In this document: in pieces, positions 27,278 to 40,431 of the stretch | How the letters are laid out: each line of letters opens with the position of its first letter | How positions within the stretch are numbered: position 1 is the stretch's first letter | Assembly: GCA_010405405.1 (NCBI GenBank) | Contig: MU004241.1 | Span: 1,275,359 to 1,336,931, forward strand | Direction of reading: 5' to 3' | DNA length: 61,573 nt | Origin: Microthyrium microscopicum | Lineage: Eukaryota | Notes under the pieces: model-generated | The model's input: only the letters and a program-made list of their open reading frames with translations | Told to the model about the DNA's origin: nothing | The model's database searches: none | Position numbers and translations under genes: made by a program

Positions 27278-28528
27278 TCACTTTGTAACACAGATACCAT
27301 TCTGTGAGTTACTGAGAAATACAACCAGAATGGCAGGATAAGTTGCAGAGACCATATATATCTCATTCTGACCAAGCCGAGTACAGAAGGAGAGCATGAC
27401 AGCAAATACTGCGGTGAAGATGCAAACGATTCCATAGCTCATCTTCGGTCGATCAGTCAGCGTGGATAGGATTCCCACGGGTGCCAGTATCATGAGTACG
27501 ATTATAATAACGGCGACGACCCTGGACAAGACTTCGATTCGATCTTTACGATAATATCGAACTGTAAGGCCTTCGTTGTTGTCAAGGCGGAGCATTTTGT
27601 CGGTGAACAGCTTCTGTGACTTGTTAACCATCTTTGCAATAATATACAATAGGAGAATGCTCACTTGAGAGAAAGGAATGTAATTTAGCATTTCTTCTAG
27701 ACGATCATCTAGCCATGAACCTTTTGCATCTTGACTCAACGACACCATTTCATTAGAACATAAAAACCAGTCCTCCATATCATCATTCAACTCTCCATTG
27801 AGTTCAAGATGATCTAGAAGGGAAGTGTAATTTCTGGTGGACGGCCGCGAAAGAGCCCCGTATTTCCTCTCTCGCAATTGTATCTCATCTAGATTAGAAA
27901 TCTGTGAGTTCATATAGCAAACAATAGCCTGCCGGGAGCTTACCGAATTCTTCAAGAGCCTTGTCCAGGTCTAGCATGGCATTGTCCCATACTTCTTCGC
28001 CAAAGTTGTCTTCGAAACAGTCGAGATTGTGCCTGTCGTGGTCATCGGCAACCCTTTCCAGCTCGTCTAGCTTGGCTTTTGCCTCTTCAACTTTGTATTG
28101 TTTGTATAATCTGACTTTAGTACGAAGACTTGCGTAATCTCGACCAATCGAAAAAGCAGGGTCGCTCGCCAGCCAGGCTGCAAATCTTGGGTATCCTCGT
28201 AGCTTCTCAGTGTCTAGAAAGGACAATGTAAGCTTAAGCACTTCTAATGTAACGATGCTCACACACATTTGCTGTAAGTAATGCGGCTGGCAATCCTTTC
28301 TCTCTCCCCAGGCACGGAGCCTTTCAGAGTGCTATTCTGAGCCTCAGAGTTTTCCATCAGCCAAGTCTTTGAGCGCTGGTTCCAAGATGTTCGGCGCTTA
28401 TCTTCGAGAGTCAGTAGGCTGGGAGACTTGAACCACAGTGATCGGAGGGATAACAAACTGGAAGATTCCAACAGGGGAGCACTGCTATTGTTCTCGCAAT
28501 CATCCACGCTAGCCTTTGAATATACCAT
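27278..28528 (-). CDS. DUF6594-type fungal membrane protein (about 4 exons; start codon uncertain)
   Basis: GYPRFAAWLASDP motif, coiled segment, and three C-terminal TM helices ending ATYPAILVVFLS. Introns join the ORF pieces 28259-28645, 27894-28268 and 27278-27955. Confidence 0.72.
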
Positions 28529-31500
28529 CCCTGCTTCTAGAGGAGAAGCGGTCTGCCTATCGATGAGTTGTTGAGGCCTTCTTGATGATAGTAAGGCAGT
28601 ATCAAAGGTAGATGTTGGCCCGATTGGAGAAACAAAGATGGCCACGTCGTTCCTTCACACCATCATGTTGTGTAACCTATATTCAAGAACAGGGCACATC
28701 AGCATAGAGCGGTTGGAAGGAATGATAGGTTCGGGTGATGAACGAGAAAGTTGTGTTTATGAAGTCAGGTCTTGGACTCCTGGTGTACAAAATCGGTCCG
28801 AATTGATTGATTTGAAAATGTAAAATCATAAAGAGCATTACCTGAACCTCTATCAGCATTGTGTCATTATTCTGGCACCTTTTGGGCCTCGTGCAGTTGC
28901 CCATAAAGCAACAGCCACTGAGATTCATTTGTTTTTCGCCCGGGGGTGAGGGAGTGGGATGAGGATCGCTCTCATTACTCCAATTTTTGCTTCTGGTTCC
29001 CGGAAAGTTTAGTGCCTCAAAACGACTCGTTAACTACTATGGGAGAACAAGCAGGATGGCCAATGTTATCCTGGGTAGATCGTGGCGTTGATATCTGGTG
29101 TCTGAAGACAGGCAGAAGAATGTTCATGTGATACAAGTTCTTGCCCAATCACTAGATGACACCACGAGAATCAAACTACAAAGAGCATGTTTATTGATTC
29201 TGTTCGGATGAGCTACTTCGAAGTAAGCTGGTTCTATCTTTTGCAATCTCGAAAAGCAAGATTGTTGAGAGATGGAAGGAGTCGTTAACATGAAAAACTA
29301 TTACCCAATTCGTTCTTTCTTGTTGCTTCAAACTGTCTATGAACTTCCCAAACCAGGCCGGCCAGCGAACCTATACCAGCGACAGCGATTCAAGAGGGAC
29401 TCCAAAACCATCATAATTTCAGGAAAGGTTGCAGTTGTTGCATGGCTTCTTTCCGTTGCATTCAGCAACGCTGTTGTCGTCGCAAGGCTCGCATATCTTT
29501 TGACAAGCTCCATCGCCGTCTGCAGGGCACCCTTCTGGATGGGCAGAACAAGGTGATGATAAGGTGTATTTGCATTTCAATCTGGCTAAACGGCCGGTAC
29601 ATGGTTTTTTGTCGTTGCATTTATTTAGTTCTGGCTGGCCGCAGTCAGGGCATCTTCGCTTGTCTCCCTTAAGCTACAAGTTGATCAACGATGATTTCGT
29701 GGCACAGATTGCTCGTCATACTAACAGTGGGCTTGAAGTTTCTGTCTTTCATTTGTTGTGAGTATTCTGTCACTGTATCCTATCGCTGTGAGCCTGGGAT
29801 TGACTCGTCCTAAATGGGCGAGTTGCACTTACCGTGGCTGACGACCCCTGGGGAAGCATTCTGAAGAGGGCGAGAAGCTGCAAAAGTGGGAAGATGAGGT
29901 AGTGGATTGAGCGACGTCCAATTGAAGTATCGGTATGATCGGTTCGTGTGAAGAACTGGAGCAGGAAGCAATGGCTCTGTTGAAAAAAGGATATTCATAA
30001 TTGAGAGGTTTGCCGTCTTAAATGTGTAAATATTTCAAACGCTGCTCTACAATGGACAGTAAGATACTGGATTATCGTACACGTCCTCGACACACAGTAA
30101 TATTCTTCGGACCAGGACCATATAGCATCAAACAAGGCATCGCATCCATTTCGCAACCCTCACATCCAATACATCGCAAGGCAACAACTGCGCCCACCAA
30201 CCCGCAGGCTAAAGGCAGAGCTTCAATGCATCTCCAAGACGATGATGCAAGTATCAACCTCCACTGTGCACGACCTCACATGCGTTGTAGTCCGCTAAGC
30301 CATAGACAGCCATAGAAGCCTCCCTCGAAAGCGCCTTGGATCATCCAAAAGGTGAGAGTTGGGCAGCCAGAACACACAATTGCGCAGACATCTCCTACAC
30401 CGATACTAAATCCATGCGCCAGCCTGATGGAGTCAATGGGTCCACGTAGCTAGTCGACCAGCACGAAGGATTTGAACAATTGAAACGTTCATGAACAAGG
30501 TTTTGTGCGATTTGCGGGCCGTTGCGCATGAGGCGATTCGACTATTGAGAATCAGTTCAGTTGCAAACGGTTGGAGCAAACGGTTCAGTCAATTGACCGG
30601 TCGGCTCGAAGCGCAGAGCCTCAGCGTGGTTCTGCGGGTGATTGGTGTCTCGCAGGGCGAAGATGCGATGTTGGATCTGGCTATGTGCATTTCTAATGGT
30701 TACAATAGTTACCATGGTCCAGTCTTCCGTGCGCTGTATAGGAAGCTTGCAAAGTCGAGTCCTGGTGGAGATTGGGTGTGAGATTTCTTATTGTTGATTT
30801 TGTTTACTATCTGTTATGCAAAAGCGAGGAGGTGTTGCATCTTCAAGTCCTATCATTCTTGAACGGATCAAGGATTGTGAACATCTGGGATTCTATTAGT
30901 AGAGGCTTTGTACTAACGCATAGTAATAGAAACCGATATCCATAGTGTGGTTCGCGAACTGCATTGGCTCTTATACACTTCATTGCGCCTGTATTGAACG
31001 TTTCTTCCATTCTGTACAGAATAGGGGTTCGAAGTTTGGGCCAACTCCTCCCAGCTAAAGTGCCAAACACTGTCGATCTGATTAAATGGAAATGATTGAC
31101 GATGGACGGTATGGATCAGTTCTTTTCCAAAAAGCCAAATACTTTCCATGAGATGAAGTTAGAGGAAGTGACCTATTTCCAAATATTCTTGGATGTTGAC
31201 CGCCACTTTGGAATATTCTTCCAGAAAAAGAGAAAACGCCCATATAAGAAAACGTAGTATACTCCATATCATTGGCCAATTCTCCCTGAATGATATTGAT
31301 TCATTTTCCTATTGGCGCAACAATGCCTACAGTGCTTATGGACAAAGCAAGTTAGCAGGTTAGGTAAGTTACCTCTCTCCCGGCCCCTCGCCGTGGGATT
31401 AAGGTCAAATTTATTTTTTGGCACTCCGATAGGTACCATGGGCTTTCCTTGTTAAAGTGGCGGATAGTGGGATGTTTGAGAGATAATAACGCAATGTGGA

Positions 31501-34500
31501 ACCTTCCAAATGAAAATGAAATATTCATCTTACGCGAATGAAAGTGGCTTGCCATTTTCGATTTGATGGTAAATATTCTGATCGTGGCAACATTATATCC
31601 AGATGCCCTTGGAACAATATCACATGCTGTATGGATTCATCAAAGTAATTCCTTGCTTCTGGATAATTATAGGCATCTGTCAAAAGAACGCATTTCATCA
31701 ACTATCGCAATGACAGAAACGCGATGATAACGCCCCACCGGCTTCACCGTCCTCCAGCAACCTTGAAAAGCTGTCAGAATCTCTCCTTCCGAAATTTGAA
31801 GGTTGTGGCGCTCTCGTAGCGGCTCTGGTCATCCAATAGGAACCTGGCCCGAAGCTTTTCAGGAACGGCTTCCAAAGTCAACTTCTGTTCCCCTCGGAAC
31901 TTAGCCAGCAAACCCCCCACTTGCCCCAGATGTTAAAGGGGCGAGGGGCGGCGACTTTTTGGTGCCCCTCTGCGGGTGGTTGGAGGGAACGCGCTCCACG
32001 AGGTCAGGATCCAGTTGATCTAGCGATCATATTGTCTTACGCTGAACGCCCCAGTGACGATATGAGCGACAGGGTATGGCTTTTGATTTGCGCGGCAATG
32101 GAAAGGGGAAGACGAGGAAAATCAAGTTACAACTTCTGAAGTCACTCTGCACAAGACGTCGCATTTGCCCTTGTAGGAAAGGTCGACGGGGCTGAGAAAC
32201 AGCGGCGGTACGCGCTATAATAGAGCTGCCAGTTATAATGAAGTCATGAATCGTTTTCCTTGCTTGTGGTGTATCCATTTTTCTGACTGAGCTTGGGCGA
32301 GCTCTGGAAGTTTAGAGAGAAAAGGTGGGTAGGTTGCCGTCACAGCTCATCTCGTTTTCCCTATGTTATACCTACGAGTCAGGACGGAAATGTTTAACAT
32401 GGAAGGTTTGCGCGAGAGAGAAAAGTGTGGGTCAAGTACCCTAGAAAAAGGACAGGTACGTGTTTTGGAGATCATCGAACTCGCGTGCGTTGCTCGCGTG
32501 GATGTGTGCATATGAACTCATAAGCTTGAAGCTTGGAGATCCCAAGGATTTGAGAATCCTACTGCATGCTGGCCAAACATGGACACTCTCTTATAGCATG
32601 TACAAAGCTAAGAGGATAGGGAAGATAGAGACGGCCAATTCGCTTTGTTGTAGAGATTTGTAAGATGGCATTGGATAGCTGAGTCACGGCTACATGCCAC
32701 CTCGCGGGCCCGTCGCCAATCTGGTGGGCAAGGTTACAGGGCTGTTGTCTCATGAAGGAAGGTTACTTCGGGCAAAGCACCGGATTTGTCGCCTTCAAAT
32801 TCATCTCTTGAAAGCCAACCGAAGTGAAATGGCACAGATGATGCCTGGCTAATGATGTTAATAAAGAAGGACCGGTCGATATTGGGAGGGTTGAAAAGGC
32901 AACGCTGGCACTGCTGGCAGCCTGGCCAGGGACAATATGAAGCTTGCGCCCGAAACCGAGGCTTCGGAGCGACGGGAGTTGATGCGATGCTGGGTAAAAT
33001 TCATTTGGAGCACATGGCGATGTATGTACCGCCAAGACTGTCGTATCCCTGGAAGTTTCGACAGTCAAATGTTCCAGAAGACTTCCATGTTGGGCAATCG
33101 CGGGGCAGAATGATAGATGAGGTCAATTCCGAGCATTTGGCAGAAGGCGGGACCGACGCGGGGGAAAGTATCTTTGGCGCAGTTTGAGGTGGACAACTTC
33201 TTCAGTTAAAGAGGGCAGCAGGAGGTCTTTGGCAAGCAAGAATAAACCATAAGTGGACTCATGGAATTCAGCCAACTAATACTTGTCCAACGGACGAATG
33301 GGGCGCGCCTTTCAATGTATAATGGTAGATTTCAATACTTTGTATGCATCACCAGCAAGTAGCAGTTACTCCAAGGGGAATGAATACTCTATGTATTAAG
33401 ACACATGGCCGAGGGCATGTTCATGGCTCGTGATTTTGACGCACGAGCGGGGAATCTCAGGGGCTACCAGTACTACTCTATGCTAGGATTGTTACAACAG
33501 GACTTTGGGAAATATGGGGTTGAATCATCGCGTCAAGATGTACATATTATTGCCATGCTGTGATGCAGGAGTTGCGTAGTCAAAAGTAAGACAAGGGGGA
33601 CAAGTACAAATAGAAGAAGTTCGGCCACTATCCGCTATGTATTATCCGGTCAATGATGGCGTGGAAGAGGCAAAAAGATGGGTTGATGTTTCGCGCAAGG
33701 TTTGTGGCAGGCAACCAGGCATAGTAGATAGGACAAAGTCATTCGTTATGATTGATGTTTCTTTCTTCTTATCCAAGTGCTTTTGTTGTCGGGAGCGCAT
33801 ATAATCTATGCAATAATAGAAAACCTTAGCTTGCATTCTTTAAGGCTGATGATGATCACACAGTAATCGATGGGAAAACGGTCGTCTTTGTATGCATCAT
33901 GGCAGGTTGTAGTGGTTGTTAGAGTGGGTTACATCAAGGCATCTAAGAGAGACGAGCAAATGGGTGTCTGGTCTAGGGGAGAGAAAGGCTCCGTGTATGT
34001 GCTGTTACTGAAGTGCTCTCTCGAAATTCGATCCACTCAGCCTTGACACCTGGCAGCTGCAGTTGAAGTTAGACTTGGAATCAAACAGCGCCCCCCGCGC
34101 AAAGTGCTGCTAGACCAGGATTTAACCTAATTGAGAGCTGCACGGCCCTTTTTTTAGCTGGACTGGTCAAGACTGGTCTTTTCGGAGCATTGGACAGCCC
34201 CCGGATCCACTCAGCCGGCCCCTTGCTCGTTTTGGAGGTACCCTTTTCAGGCTTTCAGCGATGGGAGTTGGCCCGCGAAAGTCTTGAGAAGTTTGAACCC
34301 CCCCTAAACTCCTCCCACCCAGCCTCTCCTCATTGTCTCCCCAACTTTCACACCTCGACCTCTGCCCCACTTACACCTCTCAACTTTTTTGTTGACCATC
34401 AATAGCTATCCATACATCACCTCGCTCTTTAAGATAATTACTCTACCATCTTTACCATCAAGTCGCTCCTGCCCCGCCACCATCCGCACCTGCCTAATAC

Positions 34501-34557
34501 ACCAGTTGTGACTCCCGCTGGTCCGTCGTCCTTTCCCTCATCGGCAATCGTGCCTGC

Positions 34558-34623
34558 ATGAACTTCAATACAGCTCCAGCGTACCTGCCTCCTTGCTCGA
34601 TGAAGGCATCCGCGCGACTCTAG
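34558..34623 (+). promoter_or_regulatory. Candidate uORF (MNFNTAPAYLPPCSMKASARL*) upstream of the C2H2 factor
   Basis: 21-aa ATG ORF in a pyrimidine-rich putative leader, ending 116 nt before the main ATG. Confidence 0.35.
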
Positions 34624-34739
34624 TCTCCAGTCACGTCTATAGCTCGTCAGCATTCGCTTTGCTGGCTCCTTCACCACCACCGCTAAGCATCGACAACGTA
34701 TAACAATCTGCCCCGCTGCAATTCCCCTCTCTTCTCAAA

Positions 34740-37310
34740 ATGCCTGCCGCTGCCGTAGCTGGTGGCCAAGCTGCCTCAACTCCGCGCAAGGCTCCCGGCT
34801 CTGCGCCAGAGAAGAAATATAAGTGCCAGTTTTGCAATAGAGCATTTAGTCGTAGTGAGCATCGAAGCCGGCACGAGCGATCGCGTAAGTCACCCTTTTT
34901 GGCCCTCAAATTTCGTCCTAATTTCATCGACTAACATGCCTATTTCCATTTGATAGATACCAAGGAACGTCCATTCAAATGCATGAAATGTAGAAGCACC
35001 TTTGTTCGCCGAGATCTTCTTCTACGTCATGACCGAACTGTTCACGCCAAAGATGGTGGCCCACCACTCCAGAGTGAAGGCAAGCGTCGTTCCAACAAGA
35101 ACACCGAAGCAAACAACGCGGCCAAGGCTGCTGCAACTTCAGCACCTGCTCCAGCTCCAGATACATCTGCGCTTGACTCTCTAGATGCTGTGGGCAATGG
35201 AATGGCTGAACTGGAGGCTGCTGGCATGCTTCTCCGAGACTTTCAGCACAAGGCCATGGCTAGTCAAGAACCCGAGCCCATGCCAGATGCTCCAGACAAT
35301 CGCCTGCCAACTCCAACCTTAATGGAGCCACATTCTGCATATCCATCCGGCGCCGTCGCTCTTCCACAGATGCCTTGGGAGCCTTTTGCATCAGACAAGT
35401 CGCATTCCATTGGTAGTGCCAATTCTAACGACTTTCACGTGGGCGGCCAAACCTTGTCGCATCCTCCTCTTCCACCCATCATGGAGCGTCAGATGTCAGG
35501 TAGCGATACTTTGATACCATCATTTCAATCACTGCATAATAGTCTTCCGCAGTCTGGAAACGGTACTCCAAATTTGTCACCCTACCCTTCTATGCTTGGC
35601 CCTGTTTCCCCTGTCGATTATCGGCGATCACCCGGACCTAGCCAGGCATTGACAATGGCAAAGGCCCCTCAGATCGAGTCAGAGGAAGCATGTGCAAAGA
35701 TCAGAGAGAACATCAAGATCGCAGATATTGATAATCTTTTGCTCGATACTTTTCATATTCCTAACCTTGTGGTCTTGAACCGATATCTCTCAACCTACTT
35801 CAACCTCTTCCATCATCACCTGCCATTCTTACACCCAGGGTCATTCAATCCCACCACAACTTCACCTACCTTGCTTCTTGCAGTGTTGTCCATTGGCGCA
35901 CTATACACGTTTGAGCAAGAACAGGCTTATATGCTCCATGTCGGTTCCAAAGTTCTGGTTAATCAGTTCCTTCAAAACAAGGAAAGCTTCAGCTCGCGCA
36001 AATGCCCACTCTGGACCATGCAAAGCACGCTGCTCAACATGATATTTGCGAGCTGGAGTGGAGATCCCAAGGGATTGGAATGGGCATGCTCAATCAAGAG
36101 TTTGCTCGCAAACATGGTCGCCGGAAACCGATATGAGCTTAAGTTGCGCATTGAGGCTCGACAAGGAGGCCAGCCTAGTCACGCAGAATGGATTGAAGAT
36201 GAAGGATGCCGACGGACATATTATGCTGTCTATATCTTCTTCGGTCTGCTGACATTGACCTTCAATCACACTCCTGCTATTAGTTTCAACGAGTTTGATA
36301 GCTTAGAGCTGCCATCGTCCGAATCACTCTGGAGCGTTGAGGCTTCTGATGAAAGCTCGTGGCGTGATAGCCTCACTGCTTCGAACATTATCACTTTCCA
36401 GGATGCTCATCACCAGCTCTTCCAAGGCGAACCAGCACGGTACAGCGCTTTCGCCACCAGAGTAATGATAAATGCTCTATTTTTGGAAGTATGGTATCAC
36501 AAGAGAAGTCCAGAAGCTCTTCAGGACGTGGTCACAGAGTACAAACTTCGCCTCGCTCTTGAAACTTGGGAAAAGTCTCTCCAACAATGCGAACCAGAAA
36601 CTGTCGTAGTACATCTGAGCGCTCCACACAAAGGTCATCCACTCATATTCAACGCCATGGCAATGTATCGCAACACTCGAGCACGACTACTTGTCGACCT
36701 CAAGGCTGTCCAGGAGGCTCTTCGATATCATGATGCTTATGAAGTCGCAGCAACCATGACTGGCGCTCGCGAGAAAGTCAAGCGCTCTCAAGAAATGCTT
36801 AAGGTCATTCAAGAATGCTTTGAATGTATTGAAGTTGCTGCTGTGCATGGCATAAGATGGGTTGCACGCACCTCTGCTACAAATTGGAGCATTGAGCATC
36901 CCCTCTGCGGCATGGATTTGATGATCATTTTGTCGCTCTGGCTCTTTGGCTTGGAGCACGACGAAGAACCTGCGACAGAGGAGGAGCTTGCCATGTATAA
37001 CAAGTTACGAAACTTGTTTGACGACGATTCGGTGGATGTGTTCGGTGCCAAGCTCAGCTCAACAGTTGCCCGACTCTGGGGTAGTATGATTGATGAAGTA
37101 GTTGTCTGGGGGTAAGTCTATCTTTCATGTTCTGCCGTGACATATTGCTAACATAAATACAGCATTACCAAACTTATGGGAGAAGCCTTCAAGATCCATT
37201 CACAGGCTTTAATTGGTTATGAGGATCATGGCTCTGCTCGATCTGGATCACCAACTCCCTCCATCTCCAACCCTCACCTTCGCGCTCTTGAAATGCAGCC
37301 TGCATACTAG
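34740..37310 (+). CDS. C2H2 zinc-finger transcription factor with fungal-specific TF (middle homology) domain; introns 34885-34956 and 37112-37162
   Basis: Two fingers CQFCNRAFSRSEHRSRHERSH-TKERPF-KCMKCRSTFVRRDLLLRHDRTVH. YFNLFHHHLPFLH...LLLAVLSIGALY is typical of Fungal_trans. Confidence 0.92.
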
Positions 37311-38478
37311 ACCGCCTCGACTGTAATTGCTAATGATTACTTTCCTTTGTTTTACATACTCTCGTCTCTGGACACAGCACGGCGTTCTGGGTTCCTTGCT
37401 TAATCTCAAGCTCTCTATCATTGGCTCCCAGAGAATACACGGACTGGTCTTTTCATGCTAATATACTTCCCGGCGTTCCTGCTCTTTTTCTCCTACCCCT
37501 CCAGTTGTAGCTACATTGTTTTGGAAATTCCATCTCAAGCATTACGGCTTCTCAATTTGCTGGGCAAGGCTTTTCTCTCTTGGTCAACAACAATTTGACT
37601 ATTCCACGATACCCCATCTACTACTGTTTCCATAGGAAAAGTGGCACAGTGTAGCTGCTTCTACATCTTGTTCAATGCATGTCCGATTTTATTTTATTTC
37701 TAATTTCAGCGCTCTATAGCGTCATACACACACTCGTTTTGTCGTCTGGCACGACTTTCCAGAGGCAAAAGCTACATCTCATTTCATCTTTCTAGCGATC
37801 ATTCCGGCTAGCAGTCCAACAACAATCTGCTCACCACCACCAATTATTGTAATCTTTTCTCTTGTTTCACACGATATCTCTGCTTAGTGTTTTTTGTTTC
37901 GGAATCATCATGGAGTCGTTTTTAGACAATCTCTGGGTCGGACCCACTGGCCTTTTTGTCACCAAAAGAAATTGCATTTGTGTGTTTTTCATATGTCTTA
38001 GAGTTTTTGCTATATGGGTACTGGACGTGAAAGATCTTCCTGCGGGATATCTTGCAGGTTGGCGGCTGGACAGGCGTGGCTTTGTTCTCCCCTGCGCGGA
38101 GCATTTTGCATGGTTTTCTGTATGTTCTGGGAATTCATTATGGGCTGGAGCAAATATGGCGAGGCTCCTGTAATACTCTTGGTAGATGGCCTAGTGGGTT
38201 CGCGTTGCTACATACGAAACATGCTGTATTGATAGAACTTGTGGTGGAGGTAATGAACTGCTGGCTTCGAGCCGTGGTAATTTTGCAGACTTGTTTGATT
38301 TTCGTGACGAGGACTTTTGTGTTGACCTTTATTATTTTACATGACTCTTGTTCCTCAGAGTTTATATGATGAAGTCGGCCTAGCTATATACCTCTCTACC
38401 AGCTTAACGCGCTACTATAAACAAGGCTAACGCTCAACAAATCCCCATCATGATATGTACAATCCTTTCCAGTCCCGA

Positions 38479-39409
38479 TCACCGTCCCTCCTTCCGCAGA
38501 TCATTCAACACCATATATCTACTCGTTCCAATCCACCCCCACCGAAACCACACCATCTGACTCCTATGCGCCTCCGTCATCGCCCGTCGTGCCTGCGTAT
38601 ATCCGCCGAAACCACTCATATACACCAACGGCGTCGGCGCCTCGCCCTTTTCCTTTTTCGCGCCCACCAACAAGCCCACCAGTGTCACCGGTGCATCTAG
38701 GATTGATAGGTACTTGCGTACCACGCTGACTGTGCGCAGACTGTACAGCTTGATAGGGACTTCCCAGCCTCGATGTTTGGCGGCGAGCTCGGTGATGAAG
38801 GATGTCGCAGCGGTGTGCAGTGATTTGTGGTTTGGATGGCCGGAGATTCCGTGAGCGTCGAAGGTTATGAGGATGTCGATGGAGGTGCTGGGTGCGGAGG
38901 AGGGTTTGGTGGGGTGGAGGTAGGTGTTTGAGAGGAGGGTGGTTATGGATTTGGTGGACCATGTTGTTGTTATGGAGTCGGGGAAGTCGCTGGAGGGGTT
39001 GTTAGCTTGATTTATGTGAGGAGATGATGTAATGTACGGAGAGTCTATGATGGTTACATCGTTGGGAGAGCGGAGACCAAGATGGAGGGCGCTTTTCTTG
39101 AGCTCTTTTTTGCGGATTTCGCCTAGACCGTCTGCGTTGCCTGTTGGTGGGGTTAGTGAGTGGTTCGATAGATATGGGGATTTGCATGCCGCTGGAGAGA
39201 CAGAGGATGGAGAATTGATTGTTTAGCTCGGGTTTTGTGAGTGCTATGACTGTTGGCGCAAAGAACATGGCTTCGTCGTCGGGATGGGCTATGAGCAGCA
39301 CGATGCGCTTATTTCGGAGGGTAGGGAATCGGGTGGAGACTTCGTGTGCCGTGAAGAGCCACATGGTAAATACCACGAGCGGTATACTGGCGTATGTGAG
39401 CCAATCCAT
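38479..39409 (-). CDS. GPI12: N-acetylglucosaminyl-phosphatidylinositol de-N-acetylase (PIG-L); introns 39141-39189 and 38990-39037
   Basis: Motifs IAHPDDEAMFFAP, CLSSGNADGLG, TFDAHGISGHPNH and HRSQMVWFRW. Confidence 0.93.
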
Positions 39410-39655
39410 ACTGATTGTGTGGTTAATAGTGTATGGTGGAAGAAGTCAAGAAGTTGCGGCGTGGTTGTTGAGCATATTCCGAAATATAAATAGCGTCCAG
39501 CCAATCAGCGCGTGTGGATGCCGCGTACACTTCCTTCCTTTTTGAGAAGCATTGAATCAGCTTTCCCATCACCAGCTCACTCAAACAAGGAAACCGTCAT
39601 AACTTCCTCACTCGTCAATCATTACCCACCATCTGGTCGCATCTCACGCCCAACC

Positions 39656-40393
39656 ATGAGCGAGCAACCCGAACCGCGAAACCGCCGCGAACGTCGCGCC
39701 GCCGACAAATCCGCCGGCAAGACGAAGACCAAAGCAGCCAAAAAGACTCCTTCCCCCGAGATTCCCATGGTCATGCCCGACTACGACTCCAAACCCACCG
39801 GTAAAACCCTCCTACAAATCGCCGAAGAACGACGCCATCTGCTCGAAAAGGGCCAGCCCTTTCCCGCGAACGCTGTAATCAATCCCGACGGCACCGTCGA
39901 GGGCAGCAACAACCCCGATATCGATGTCACAGATCTTCTACAAAGTCACGATACCACACAGTTTCTATCTGATGAGCCGCTGGGAGCATTTGCCAATGCG
40001 CTCATATACTGCATTTCACTGTCAATGCTACATGTCACGCTCGATGTGATGGTGTTGACACAATATAATCAGGATGTTGAATGGCGGCTGATTGCAGGAC
40101 GAATGCTGCGTCTGACGCCTGCGCTGTTCGTGGTCTTGTATGTGTTTCATACAGAGGGAGTGAAGCGGTGGAAGAAGATGCGGCAGCTTTTCTTTCTGGG
40201 CCTTTCGATAGGCGCTGGATGCTACATGTTGTATGCGGCGAATGAGTTTGGGTACTACTTTGTCATGAGGCGGTGTCCTCCGCTAGGAACGCTATGGGTG
40301 TGGAGTGTTATAGAAATGGATCTGGCATATGCGCTGGTCCATGCTGCGACGGTTCTGGGATTTATGTGGTGGGGAGAATATAAAGCATTTTAG
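39656..40393 (+). CDS. Conserved-looking fungal multi-pass membrane protein of unknown function
   Basis: 245-aa ORF with a charged N-terminus (RNRRERRAA), KTLLQIAEER, and about 4 C-terminal TM segments (LDVMVLTQY, PPLGTLWVWSVIEM). Confidence 0.8.
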   Translation: MSEQPEPRNRRERRAADKSAGKTKTKAAKKTPSPEIPMVMPDYDSKPTGKTLLQIAEERRHLLEKGQPFPANAVINPDGTVEGSNNPDIDVTDLLQSHDTTQFLSDEPLGAFANALIYCISLSMLHVTLDVMVLTQYNQDVEWRLIAGRMLRLTPALFVVLYVFHTEGVKRWKKMRQLFFLGLSIGAGCYMLYAANEFGYYFVMRRCPPLGTLWVWSVIEMDLAYALVHAATVLGFMWWGEYKAF

Positions 40394-40431
40394 ACGGTAA
40401 TGTAAAACATGTAAATTTGCAATTCGTGATT

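Noticed and set aside
31080..31660. TTCC/GGAA-rich short palindromes as a third MITE
   Set aside because: No terminal inverted repeat pair or TSD could be defined.
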